From Candidatus Multivorans sp. (GTDB lineage: Bacteria; Acidobacteriota; Thermoanaerobaculia; Multivoradales; Multivoraceae): a stretch of 64,000 nucleotides of DNA. The first letter of the stretch is position 1; each line of letters starts with the position of its first letter. The notes beneath the pieces were generated by a model. The model saw only the letters and a program-made list of their open reading frames with translations. It ran no database searches and was not told the origin of the DNA. The stretch spans positions 3,234,232 to 3,298,231 of the forward strand of contig OZ253534.1 of assembly GCA_965262355.1 (NCBI GenBank), given 5' to 3'. Positions 8,121-18,379 of the stretch are shown here, one piece after another. Both the position numbers and the translations under genes were made by a program.

Positions 8121-10688
8121 CTACACCAGCTCGCTCAACCGCCGGAGGGCCGCCAGCAGATCCGGCTGTTCGGTCAGCACGCCGCGCAGCGGGTCGGTCT
8201 TCAGCTTCTTGAGCCGTTCCGGCACCGACCGGATGTTGTGGTCACGCAGGTCGAGGCCGGGCTTGACCTCGGACCAGCGGAGCGGCGTCGACACGGGCGC
8301 GGCCGGTAGCGGGCGGACGCTGAAGGGGGCGACCAGGAGGCGGCCGCGGCCGTTCTGGACGAAGTCGATGTAGACCTTGCCGTGGCGGCGTTCGGGGTTG
8401 CGGGTGATCGTGGCGATGTCGGGCAACTGGCGGCAGATGATCTGGGCGATGAGTTGGCCGAGGCTGCGGGACTGTTCGAAGGTGCAGGCGCCGCCGAGCG
8501 GCAGGAGGACGTGAAGGCCGCTCGAGCCGCTGGTCTTGACGAAGCTGGGCAGTTTGATCTTCCGGCACAGGCGGCGGATGGCGAGGGCGATCTCGATCAC
8601 GTCCTCGAACGGGGCCTCCTTGGGGTCGAGATCGAGGATGCACCAGTCGGGCTGGCCGAGCTGGTGCAGCCGGCTGGACCACACGTGGAGGACGATCGCG
8701 CCCAGGTTGGCGACGTAGATCAGGCTCTCCCGGTCCTGGCAGACGAAGTACTCGACCTCCTTGTCCGTTCGGGGACTGGTCAGTTTGACCCTCTGCAGCC
8801 AGTCCGGCGCGAAGTCGGGGGCGTTCTTCTGGAAGAACGACTTGCCGTCGATGCCGTCCGGGTAGCGGGTCATCACCAGCGGTCGGTCGGTGAGGTAGGG
8901 CTGCATCGCGTCGGCGATGGCGGCGTAGAAGTCGATCAGGTCGCCCTTGGTATAGCCCTCGACCGGCCAGAAGACCTTGGAGGTGTTGGTCACGTCGACG
9001 CGCCGCTCGGGCGGCGCCGGCGGGGTTGCCCCGGGGGCTCGCGGCCCGGCGCGGCGCACGCAGTCCTCGATGGGCTTGTCGTCGCGTAGGCGCAGGAAGA
9101 CCGGGTGCCGGAGCATGCCGTGGGGCGTCCACTCCTTGTAGCGGACCTCGCAGATCAGCTCGGGGTCCGGTTCGATCCAGGTCTGGTCTTCGATCCGGCC
9201 GCCCATCAGGTCTCCGGCGGTCAGCTCGTCGCCCGCGGGAGACCGGCACGGCGGCGCCTCGAGCTGGGCCTGTGTGAGCCGCTCGGTCAGTTCGCTGAGC
9301 GCGGCGTCGCTGAAGCCGGTGCCGACTCGTCCGGCGTAGACGAGCCCGGCGGCCTCAGCATCCCACACCGCCAGGTGGAGCGAGCCGAAACCGACCCGGC
9401 TGCCCTTGGGCGGCGACATGCCGACGATCGCGAAGTCGGCGGTCCGTTCGGTTCGCAGCTTGACCCAGGAAGACGAGCGGCGGCCGACGTAGCGGGAGTC
9501 GCCGTCCTTGGCCATCGCGCCCTCGAGACCCATGGCCGCCACCTGCTCGAAGAACGCCTCGCCCTGTTCCTCGATGTGGTCCGAGTAGCGGAGCGGCCCG
9601 GCCGGGGGCAGGACCTTCGCCAGCAGAGCCTTCCGCTCCACGAGGGGCAGCGCCCGCAGGTCCGACCCCTCGAAGGCGACGAGATCGAAGGCGAACAGGG
9701 TCGCGGGCCGGCGCACGGCGGCCTGGTCGATGTCGACCGGGCGGCTGAGCAGCGCCCGCGTCTGCAGCCTGGCGAAGCTCGGCCTGCCGCCTGAGTCGAG
9801 CGCGACGACCTCGCCGTCCAGCACCAGGGACTGCACCGGCAGGGCCCGCAGGGCGCGGGTCAGTTCGGGGTAGAGCGCGGTCACGTCGCCGCCGTTCCGG
9901 TAGCGCAGGAAGACGCTGCCGCCGTCCTTGGCCGCCACCAGCCGGTAGCCGTCGTACTTCAGTTCGTAGATCCAGCCGGGGCGCGAGAAGGGCCGGTCGC
10001 CGGTGACCGCGAGCATCAGCGGCAAAGACCGCGGATCGACCCGGCGGCTGCTTGCCGCCGAGTCGGCGACGTCGGCGCGGACCTCCTCGATCCGCTCGCA
10101 ACCATCGCGCAGTTCCTCGACGGTCAGGCCCGAGAGAACGGACTGGGGCGGCAGGTCATCGCCATCGCCGTTGCCGCTCTCCGGCCGCGCGGCGGCGTCG
10201 GGCTTCTTCATCAGCAGCCACTGGTTCCCGTCGTCCTGCTGGCGCCGGCCGCCAGTGCGGAACAGGGTCCAGACGCCGCGCAGCTTGTAGCCGTGCAGCT
10301 CGAACAGGAGCTTGCCGGCTTCCATGCCGGCGACCGGATCCTCGAGCGGCCTCCAGCGGCCGCTGTCCCAGACGATCATCGCGCCGGCGCCGTAGTTGCC
10401 GGCGGGAATCGATCCCTCGAAGTCGGCGTACTCCAGCGGGTGGTCCTCGGTGGCCACCGCCAGACGCTTGACCTCCGGGTCGAGGCTGGGGCCGCGCGGC
10501 ACGGCCCACGACTTGAGGGCGCCTTCGAGTTCCAGGCGCAGGTCGAAGTGGACCCGGCGGGCCGCGTGCTTCTGGACCACGAAGCGGCCGCCGCCCGTGC
10601 CCGTCGCAGGACCGAAGGGTTCGGGCGTCGCCTCGCTCGATCGCTTGCGGCGGTAGGCCTCGAGATTGCCGCTCGGCATCCGCAGCAT
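8121..10688 (-). CDS. ligD: ATP-dependent DNA ligase D (phosphoesterase-ligase-polymerase fusion), NHEJ
   Basis: 855 aa. N-terminal FVVQKHAARRVHFDLRLE (3'-phosphoesterase module), ligase adenylation motif ELKYDGYR, C-terminal primase-polymerase-like region. Divergent from ku. Confidence 0.9.
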   Translation of the reverse strand: MLRMPSGNLEAYRRKRSSEATPEPFGPATGTGGGRFVVQKHAARRVHFDLRLELEGALKSWAVPRGPSLDPEVKRLAVATEDHPLEYADFEGSIPAGNYGAGAMIVWDSGRWRPLEDPVAGMEAGKLLFELHGYKLRGVWTLFRTGGRRQQDDGNQWLLMKKPDAAARPESGNGDGDDLPPQSVLSGLTVEELRDGCERIEEVRADVADSAASSRRVDPRSLPLMLAVTGDRPFSRPGWIYELKYDGYRLVAAKDGGSVFLRYRNGGDVTALYPELTRALRALPVQSLVLDGEVVALDSGGRPSFARLQTRALLSRPVDIDQAAVRRPATLFAFDLVAFEGSDLRALPLVERKALLAKVLPPAGPLRYSDHIEEQGEAFFEQVAAMGLEGAMAKDGDSRYVGRRSSSWVKLRTERTADFAIVGMSPPKGSRVGFGSLHLAVWDAEAAGLVYAGRVGTGFSDAALSELTERLTQAQLEAPPCRSPAGDELTAGDLMGGRIEDQTWIEPDPELICEVRYKEWTPHGMLRHPVFLRLRDDKPIEDCVRRAGPRAPGATPPAPPERRVDVTNTSKVFWPVEGYTKGDLIDFYAAIADAMQPYLTDRPLVMTRYPDGIDGKSFFQKNAPDFAPDWLQRVKLTSPRTDKEVEYFVCQDRESLIYVANLGAIVLHVWSSRLHQLGQPDWCILDLDPKEAPFEDVIEIALAIRRLCRKIKLPSFVKTSGSSGLHVLLPLGGACTFEQSRSLGQLIAQIICRQLPDIATITRNPERRHGKVYIDFVQNGRGRLLVAPFSVRPLPAAPVSTPLRWSEVKPGLDLRDHNIRSVPERLKKLKTDPLRGVLTEQPDLLAALRRLSELV

Positions 10689-10850
10689 TCTCCCAGAAGC
10701 GGGCCCGGGTTCCGCGGGGAGACCCGCGCTAGCCGTGTCAACGGAGCTAGCAGCGTGCGCGGCAGGAAGTTCGGCGTACCCTACCTTGTGCGACGCACGC
10801 TCATTGCGGAAGAACCGCCGAACCGGCCACGGTGCTATGATTCGCCGCCT

Positions 10851-11798
10851 ATGCCTGCTCGTTCCGTTGGCGCCGGCACCGTCTCGTTCGGTCTGGTTTC
10901 GATTCCCGTCCGGCTCTACTCGACGTCGGAGACCTCAGGCGGGGTCCGCTTCAACATGCTCGACGCGAGGGACAACACGCGGGTCAAGCAGCAGTTGGTC
11001 AACCCCCGGACCGGCGAGCTCGTGGACCGGAAGGAGACGATCAAGGGCTACGAGTTCGGCAAGGGGCAGTACGTCACCTTCAGCAACGAGGAGATCAGGG
11101 ATCTGCAGGAGAAGGCCTCGCCGGCGATCGAGATCACCGAGTTCGTGCCGCTTAAGGAGGTCGAGCCGATCTACTTCGAGAAGTCGTACTACCTGGGACC
11201 GGAGAAGGGCGGCGAACGCGCCTACCGGCTGCTCAGCGAGGCGATGCGAACAACGGGCCGCTCGGCGCTGGCCAAGCACGCCGCGCGCGGCAAGCAGTAC
11301 CTGGTCATGCTGCGGCCCTACGGTTCGGGTCTGCTGATGCAGCAACTGAAGTACGAGGACGAACTGAAGTCCTTCGACGACGTGCCCCTGGGCGAAGAAA
11401 CCGAACTCAAGCCGGGCGAACTCGAACTCGCGGTGCAGTTGATCGAGCAGATCGCAGCCGACGATTTCAGGCCGGACCAGTACACGGACGAGGTGCGCAA
11501 GCGGCTGTGGGACGCGATCCAGAGCAAGATCGATGGCCGCGAAGTCGCCGAGGACGAGACGGAGGCGCCGCAGGCGCAGATCATCGACCTGATGGAGGCG
11601 CTCAAGGCGAGCCTGTCGAAGAACGGCGACGCCGAGGCGGGCGATACCGCGGGCGACCGCAAGCCGAAGGCCAGTTCCCGCAAGGCCGGCGGCGCCGCCA
11701 AGTCGGCGAAGAAGACAACCGCTGATGGCAAGACCACAAAGAAGAAGCGCGCGCCCCGGGCGAAGGCGGAACCGGAGCGCAGGGCCGCGGTGGGTTGA
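10851..11798 (+). CDS. ku: Ku DNA end-binding protein
   Basis: ATG at 10851 in track ORF 10293..11798. MPARSVGAGTVSFGLVSIPVRLYSTSE... is the canonical bacterial Ku N-terminus. Lys-rich C-terminal tail. Confidence 0.9.
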   Translation: MPARSVGAGTVSFGLVSIPVRLYSTSETSGGVRFNMLDARDNTRVKQQLVNPRTGELVDRKETIKGYEFGKGQYVTFSNEEIRDLQEKASPAIEITEFVPLKEVEPIYFEKSYYLGPEKGGERAYRLLSEAMRTTGRSALAKHAARGKQYLVMLRPYGSGLLMQQLKYEDELKSFDDVPLGEETELKPGELELAVQLIEQIAADDFRPDQYTDEVRKRLWDAIQSKIDGREVAEDETEAPQAQIIDLMEALKASLSKNGDAEAGDTAGDRKPKASSRKAGGAAKSAKKTTADGKTTKKKRAPRAKAEPERRAAVG

Positions 11799-11992
11799 CG
11801 TGAGCCATCGTCAGTGAGCCCTCCCTGCGAGGGCGCCAGTGCGGCTACCGCCGCGTCTATTCAACTGACTGGATCCGCGTACGCACGCGGGCAGGGAGCG
11901 GCTAAGGTAGCGCTTCGTTTCAGTCGTCCGCTGGCGGCCGACCGGCCGCCGGTGAGCAGGACCAGCCAGTAGTCAACACAGGAGTCTCCAAG

Positions 11993-12520
11993 ATCGCACC
12001 CCCAACACGAGAGCCGCGCATCAACCACCGAATCCGGAAAAGCCCGGTACGGCTCATCGATCAGGACGGTACCCAGGTGGGTGTCGTCGACTTGGATCAG
12101 GCCAGGACGCGCGCTCAGTCAGCGCAACTCGATCTCGTCGAAGTGGGTCCCAACGCGGACCCGCCCGTTGTCCGTATCCTGGACTGGGGCAAGGTCAAGT
12201 TCGAACGCGACAAGAAGAACAAGGAGTCGCGGCGCAAGGCGGCGACGATCGATCTGAAGGAGGTCAAGTACCGGCCGACGATCGACCCGCACGACTACCA
12301 GATCAAGACCGACCGGGCGCTGCGCTTCCTGCGCGAAGGCAAGAAGGTCAAGGTGACGATCTTCTTCCGCTACCGGCAACTCCGCCGGCCCGAACTCGGT
12401 GTCGCCATCCTGGACAAGGTGAGCGCGGCGATCGACGGAGTCGGCGAGGTCGAGACCCGCTCCGGACTTGAGGGCCGTCAGATGACGATGATCCTCAACC
12501 CGGCGCCGCAGGAGAACTGA
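11993..12520 (+). CDS. infC: Translation initiation factor IF-3
   Basis: ...REPRINHRIRKSPVRLIDQDGTQVGVVDLDQARTRAQSAQLDLVEV...KVKFERDKK... The conserved N-terminus lies upstream of the track start (GTG 12077). An in-frame ATC at 11993 sits 8 nt after GGAG (11981-11984). The exact start is not proven. Confidence 0.8.
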   Translation: MAPPTREPRINHRIRKSPVRLIDQDGTQVGVVDLDQARTRAQSAQLDLVEVGPNADPPVVRILDWGKVKFERDKKNKESRRKAATIDLKEVKYRPTIDPHDYQIKTDRALRFLREGKKVKVTIFFRYRQLRRPELGVAILDKVSAAIDGVGEVETRSGLEGRQMTMILNPAPQEN

Positions 12521-12553
12521 GGCCGAATCGGGGGCGCCGCGCGAGCGGCAGGC

Positions 12554-13138
12554 TTGAACATGCGGATCCCGGTAGCCATCTTCGCGGTGCTGGTCGCCCT
12601 CTGCGCCGTGGTCCTGGTCCTGGCGCTGTTGGAGGAGCCGGCGGACAGCCGCGGCATCGACCATCCCGAGTACCAGACGATGCGCCAGGGCGGCAGCACC
12701 GACCGCCACGACTCGATCCTGTTCTGGGGCTGGCTCTACGGCACGCTGTCGATTGTCCTGTTCGTCGGTCTGATGGCGCTGGGGCTGCGGCGGGGCGGCA
12801 AGCTGCCGGCGGGCAGCGGTCCCGCGCTGCTGGCCGGCCTGGTGCTGTTTGCGTTTGTTTTCGCGATGCTCGTTCTGAGTTACCGCGCCTACGTCGCGCC
12901 CGGCGCGGAGCGGACGTTGTTCTGGTCGTTTCCCCGTCCGTCGGCTTGGATGCTCTATGCGCTGTGGCCTGTGCCGGCCGTGTTCGCGGTGCTCTACATG
13001 CGCTACTTCGATCGCTGGGTGTTGAGCGACGAGGACTTGGCCGGGTTCGAACGGTTGGTGGCCCGCTCCCGGCGCGACCGTGAATCGGCTGAAGGCGACG
13101 ATCCGGCGCGGGCGGATGGCGCCGGAGGGGACCTCTGA
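12554..13138 (+). CDS. Hypothetical integral membrane protein coupled to the symporter gene
   Basis: 194 aa with about four hydrophobic segments. Its stop overlaps the symporter ATG (TGATG). Confidence 0.5.
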   Translation: MNMRIPVAIFAVLVALCAVVLVLALLEEPADSRGIDHPEYQTMRQGGSTDRHDSILFWGWLYGTLSIVLFVGLMALGLRRGGKLPAGSGPALLAGLVLFAFVFAMLVLSYRAYVAPGAERTLFWSFPRPSAWMLYALWPVPAVFAVLYMRYFDRWVLSDEDLAGFERLVARSRRDRESAEGDDPARADGAGGDL

Positions 13139-14619
13139 TGGACGGCGGCAACGTGGTCATTCTGGCCTGCATCGGGGTCTACCTCGTCGTCTGCATCGGG
13201 GTCGGGCTGTGGGCGCTGCGGCGGACGAAGTCGACCAGGGACTTCTTCATGGCCGGCCGGGACCTGGGAATCATCGTCACCGCCCTTGCCGTGTTCTCGA
13301 GCACACTCTCGGGATTCGGCTTCGTGGGCGGGCCCGGCCTCGTCTACCGGATGGGCATGAGTTCGCTGTGGATGGTGGTCTGCGCCTCGGTCGGGTACGT
13401 GATCGCATTCTTCCTCCTCGGCAAGCGCCTGCGCCTGTTCGCCGAGCTACGGGACTCGATCTCGCTTCCCGACGTCGTCGCGGCTCGCTACCGGAGCGAG
13501 TGGAGCCGGCTACTGACTGCTCTCGCCATCCTGCTCGGGGTGATGGGCTATCTGGCGACCCAGATTCTGGCGATGGCCACAGTTCTTCAGGACATTCTGA
13601 GGAGCACGCTGGGAAGCGGTATCAGCATCGAGGCCTGCGTCGCCCTTTCGTGTGCGGTGCTGGTGTTCTACTGCGTCACCGGCGGCATCATCGCTTCGGT
13701 CTACACCGACCTGATCCAGGGCTTCGTGATGATGTTCGCCGCGGTGCTCGTTCTGCTGGCCGCGATCGTAGCGATCGATGGCGGCTTCGCCGGGATGAGC
13801 GAGGCGATCATGGCCGACGATCCGGAGGCGATGTCGCCCTGGGGCGCGGCGGGAATGATGAACTCGCTGTCCTGGTACTTCGTATTTGGCCTTGGCCTCG
13901 CCGGTCAGCCGCACATCATCACGAAGATGATGATGAGCCGGCGCGTGAAAGACGCTCGCAGCATCCTGCCGATATCGCTCGGGGCGTACGTGGTCTCGGC
14001 CCTGCTCTGGATCAGCATCGGCCTGGTCATGCGTGCCCTGGTGCTTCAGGGCGCCCACCCGGAGATCCCGGGCGCCGACGCCGCGGCGCCGCAGTTCCTG
14101 CAGGCCTTCGCTCATCCGCTTCTTGCGGGCATCGTCTTCGCCGGACTCTTCGCCGCGATCATGTCGACGGCGGATGGCTTCCTGAACATCGGCGCCGCCG
14201 CCGTGGTCCACGACATCCCCAAGTTCATCTGGGGTCACTCGGTGAAGAACGAGCTGTTCTGGGCCCGCACCTGGACGCTGATCATTGCGGTCGCCGCGTC
14301 GCTGTTCGCGCTCTACAGCGGCGAGGGCCTGGTCGCCCTGCTCGGCGCCTTCGGCTGGGGCACGTTCGCCGCCGCACTGGTGCCGGCAGTGGCCATCGGT
14401 TTCAACTGGAAACGGGCGACCGCCACCGCCGCCAACGTCGCCATCCTCTCCAGCCTGGTGATCAACTTCTCGATTCAGGTATTCGGGCTACGTGTGCCCT
14501 TCGGCATCGACGGCGGCGCCCTCTCGCTTCTCGTCTCCCTGACCCTCTTCTTCGGCATCTCCCTGCTGTCCAAACCGCCGCAGATCGACCCCGACATCGC
14601 GGCGGTCATGGACATGTGA
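13138..14619 (+). CDS. Sodium:solute symporter (SSS) family transporter
   Basis: 493 aa, polytopic. Sequence pattern typical of the PutP/PanF-type SSS family (FFMAGRDLG..., ...TADGFLNIGAAA...). Confidence 0.8.
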   Translation: MDGGNVVILACIGVYLVVCIGVGLWALRRTKSTRDFFMAGRDLGIIVTALAVFSSTLSGFGFVGGPGLVYRMGMSSLWMVVCASVGYVIAFFLLGKRLRLFAELRDSISLPDVVAARYRSEWSRLLTALAILLGVMGYLATQILAMATVLQDILRSTLGSGISIEACVALSCAVLVFYCVTGGIIASVYTDLIQGFVMMFAAVLVLLAAIVAIDGGFAGMSEAIMADDPEAMSPWGAAGMMNSLSWYFVFGLGLAGQPHIITKMMMSRRVKDARSILPISLGAYVVSALLWISIGLVMRALVLQGAHPEIPGADAAAPQFLQAFAHPLLAGIVFAGLFAAIMSTADGFLNIGAAAVVHDIPKFIWGHSVKNELFWARTWTLIIAVAASLFALYSGEGLVALLGAFGWGTFAAALVPAVAIGFNWKRATATAANVAILSSLVINFSIQVFGLRVPFGIDGGALSLLVSLTLFFGISLLSKPPQIDPDIAAVMDM

Positions 14620-14634
14620 CCGCGCCGGCGCCGG

Positions 14635-15798
<1,164 letters not shown>

Positions 15799-15900
15799 TC
15801 AGACGCTACCATCAGTAGTGGCGCCGGGTCGTGTGGTCGACGTGAAGGCGTAAACGAGGAGGAAAGAGATCTGAAGTAGAACCCTAAGGGAGGGAAAAAC

Positions 15901-16506
15901 ATGCGCAAACTGCTCATGGAGTTGATCGGCACGATGTTCCTGATGATGGCAGTGGCCTTCTCGGGCAACAATCCCATCGCCGTCGGACTGATGTTGGCGA
16001 TGATGGTCTACAGCGGCAGACACCTGTCTGGCGCTCATTACAACCCGGCAGTGAGCGTAGCCGCCTGGATGCGAGGCAAGATGGAGGCGGCGGATGCCCT
16101 CAAGCACATGGTGGCGCAACTCGTTGGCGCCGGTTTGGGCTGGTGCGTCTTCCGGCTCGTCACGGGCGACGGTTTCGCGCTGATGCCGGTCGCGGAGCAT
16201 GAACTCTGGCACGGTATGCTGGTCGAGGCGCTCTTCACGTTCGCGCTCGCCACTGTCGTCCTGAATGTTCGCTCGGACAACTCCGCTCACGGCTTGGCGA
16301 TCGGCTTCGCGCTCGCGGCTGTGGTGTACTCCGGCGCTGGCGTTTCGGGCGGCGCCTTCAACCCGGCTGTCGGGATCGGGCCGCAGATCATGGGAGCGAT
16401 CTCAGGCGGCGGCTTCGATGCCTCCACGCTGGCGCTCTACGGGGTCGGCCCGTTGGTTGGCGGTGGTTTGGCGGCCGTCGTCCACAAGTTCCTTAACGCC
16501 GACTGA
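15901..16506 (+). CDS. MIP-family channel (aquaporin-like)
   Basis: 201 aa. Two NPA boxes (SGAHYNPAVS and GGAFNPAVG). Confidence 0.8.
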   Translation: MRKLLMELIGTMFLMMAVAFSGNNPIAVGLMLAMMVYSGRHLSGAHYNPAVSVAAWMRGKMEAADALKHMVAQLVGAGLGWCVFRLVTGDGFALMPVAEHELWHGMLVEALFTFALATVVLNVRSDNSAHGLAIGFALAAVVYSGAGVSGGAFNPAVGIGPQIMGAISGGGFDASTLALYGVGPLVGGGLAAVVHKFLNAD

Positions 16507-16633
16507 GACTGACGGCAGTGGCCGCGGGTCTTCTGACCCGCGGGGGACTTGGCGCCGCGAAGCGGCGACCATTGTCCGGTGTCGGAATCCGCGCGTGCCC
16601 CCGGCTTCGGCTCGCCGACCGGGGCACGTAGCG

Positions 16634-18334
16634 GTGCGTCTGCTGCTGCTCGGCGCGGCGGTTGTGTGCGCGCAGGGGGCCTTTCCCGGTCTTGCTGCGC
16701 CGGTCCGGGCGCAAGCGATCGATGCGTCGATCGATGTACTGGACTACCGCTTCGAGCTGGCGCTCTCCGATACCAGCGACGAGATCGACGGCCGGGCGAC
16801 GATCGCCTTCCGCGTCCTGCGGGCGGTCTCCGAGGTCCAGTTCGATCTTGATGATCCCGACGGAGAGGCTGGCGGCGAGGCCGGTGGCGTCGACGCGCCC
16901 GGCGACGGAGTGCGGCCGGCGGGCGGCATGGTCGTGTCCGCGGTGGCGCTGGCCGAACCGGCTGGGACGACCTCCGGGGCCGAGCCTCCTCTGTCGTTCC
17001 GGCAGGAGAATGATCGTCTCCATGTCGGCCTGGGCCGCGAAGCCGGGGCCGGCCAGGTGCTGCGCATCGAGGTCGGTTACCACGGCGTGCCCGCCGACGG
17101 CCTGACCATCGGCGTCAACCGGCACGGCGACCGGACCTTCTTCGCCGACAATTGGCCGAACCGGGCCCACCATTGGCTGCCGGTGGTCGACCACCCGTCG
17201 GACAAGGCGCTGGTCTCCTTCGCGGTCACTGCCCCGGCGCACTACCAGGTCGTCGCTACCGGCGCGTTCGTTACGGCCATCGACTTGGGAGGCGGCCGGC
17301 GGCTGACCGAGTGGCGCAGCCGCGCGCCGGTCGCGACCAAGGTCATGGCGATCGGCGCCGCGCGCTTCGTCCGCCACCGGCAGGCGGTGGTGGACGGCGT
17401 GCCGATCGAGACCTGGGTCTACCCGCAGGACCGCGACGTCGGTCTGCGGGCGTTCGCGCCCGCCGCTCGGGTGGTGGGCACGTTCGAGCGGCGGCTGGGC
17501 GACTATCCCTACGCCAAGCTCGCCAACGTGCAGACGACGACCCGCTGGGGCGGCCTGGAGAACGCGGGCAACGTGTTCTACGACGAGGATGCGATCGACC
17601 GGGAGGACGGGATCGAGGGCCTGATCGCCCACGAAATCGCCCACCAGTGGTTCGGCGACTCCGTGACCGAGAGCGACTGGCCGCACGTGTGGCTCAGCGA
17701 GGGCTTTGCGACCTACCTCACCGCCTGCTACCTGGACTGGACCTACGGCCGCGACCGATTCCGGGAGCAGATGGACGCGGCGCGCGAGCGGGTCCTCAAG
17801 TACCTGGAACAGGCGCCGGACTCGGTCATCGTGCCGGAGGCGGTGCCCGATCCGCGGCGTCTCCTCAGCCCGAACGTCTACCAGAAGGCCGCGTGGGTGC
17901 TGCACATGCTTCGCGGCGAGATCGGCGACGGCACGTTCTGGAGGGGCATGCGGACCTACTACCAGCGGTTCCGCGACCGCAACGCCTCCACCGCCGACTT
18001 CGCTGCCGTCATCGAGGAGGTGTCCGGCCGCCGGCTCGACTGGTTCTTCGACCAGTGGCTTCGCCGGCCCGGCGTGCCGGAACTGGAGATCGAGTGGAGC
18101 TACGACGCCGCGGCGTCGGCGGTCCGCTTGCAGGTGCGGCAGCTCGGACCGACGATCTACCGGCTGCCGCTGGACGTGGAGGCAGTACTCGCCGATGGCA
18201 GCTCGGTGCGCGGACGGATCGATGTCGAAGGTGAACGGACGAGCGCGACGTTGACCCCGCCGGAACGGCCGGCGCGCCTCCGGATCGACCCGGACGGCTG
18301 GCTGCTGATGTGGTACAAGCTTGAGGACAAGTAA
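16634..18334 (+). CDS. M1-family zinc aminopeptidase, secreted
   Basis: HEIAHQWFGD (HExxH) plus WLSEGFATY (second Glu ligand). The upstream part of track ORF 16265.. overlaps the aquaporin gene. An in-frame GTG at 16634 gives a signal-peptide-like start (RLLLLGAAVVCAQGA). The start is uncertain. Confidence 0.8.
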   Translation: MRLLLLGAAVVCAQGAFPGLAAPVRAQAIDASIDVLDYRFELALSDTSDEIDGRATIAFRVLRAVSEVQFDLDDPDGEAGGEAGGVDAPGDGVRPAGGMVVSAVALAEPAGTTSGAEPPLSFRQENDRLHVGLGREAGAGQVLRIEVGYHGVPADGLTIGVNRHGDRTFFADNWPNRAHHWLPVVDHPSDKALVSFAVTAPAHYQVVATGAFVTAIDLGGGRRLTEWRSRAPVATKVMAIGAARFVRHRQAVVDGVPIETWVYPQDRDVGLRAFAPAARVVGTFERRLGDYPYAKLANVQTTTRWGGLENAGNVFYDEDAIDREDGIEGLIAHEIAHQWFGDSVTESDWPHVWLSEGFATYLTACYLDWTYGRDRFREQMDAARERVLKYLEQAPDSVIVPEAVPDPRRLLSPNVYQKAAWVLHMLRGEIGDGTFWRGMRTYYQRFRDRNASTADFAAVIEEVSGRRLDWFFDQWLRRPGVPELEIEWSYDAAASAVRLQVRQLGPTIYRLPLDVEAVLADGSSVRGRIDVEGERTSATLTPPERPARLRIDPDGWLLMWYKLEDK

Positions 18335-18379
18335 CCGGCCGGCGGCGTGAGTTCGCCTCAGCCGAACAGGAGCTTTCCG

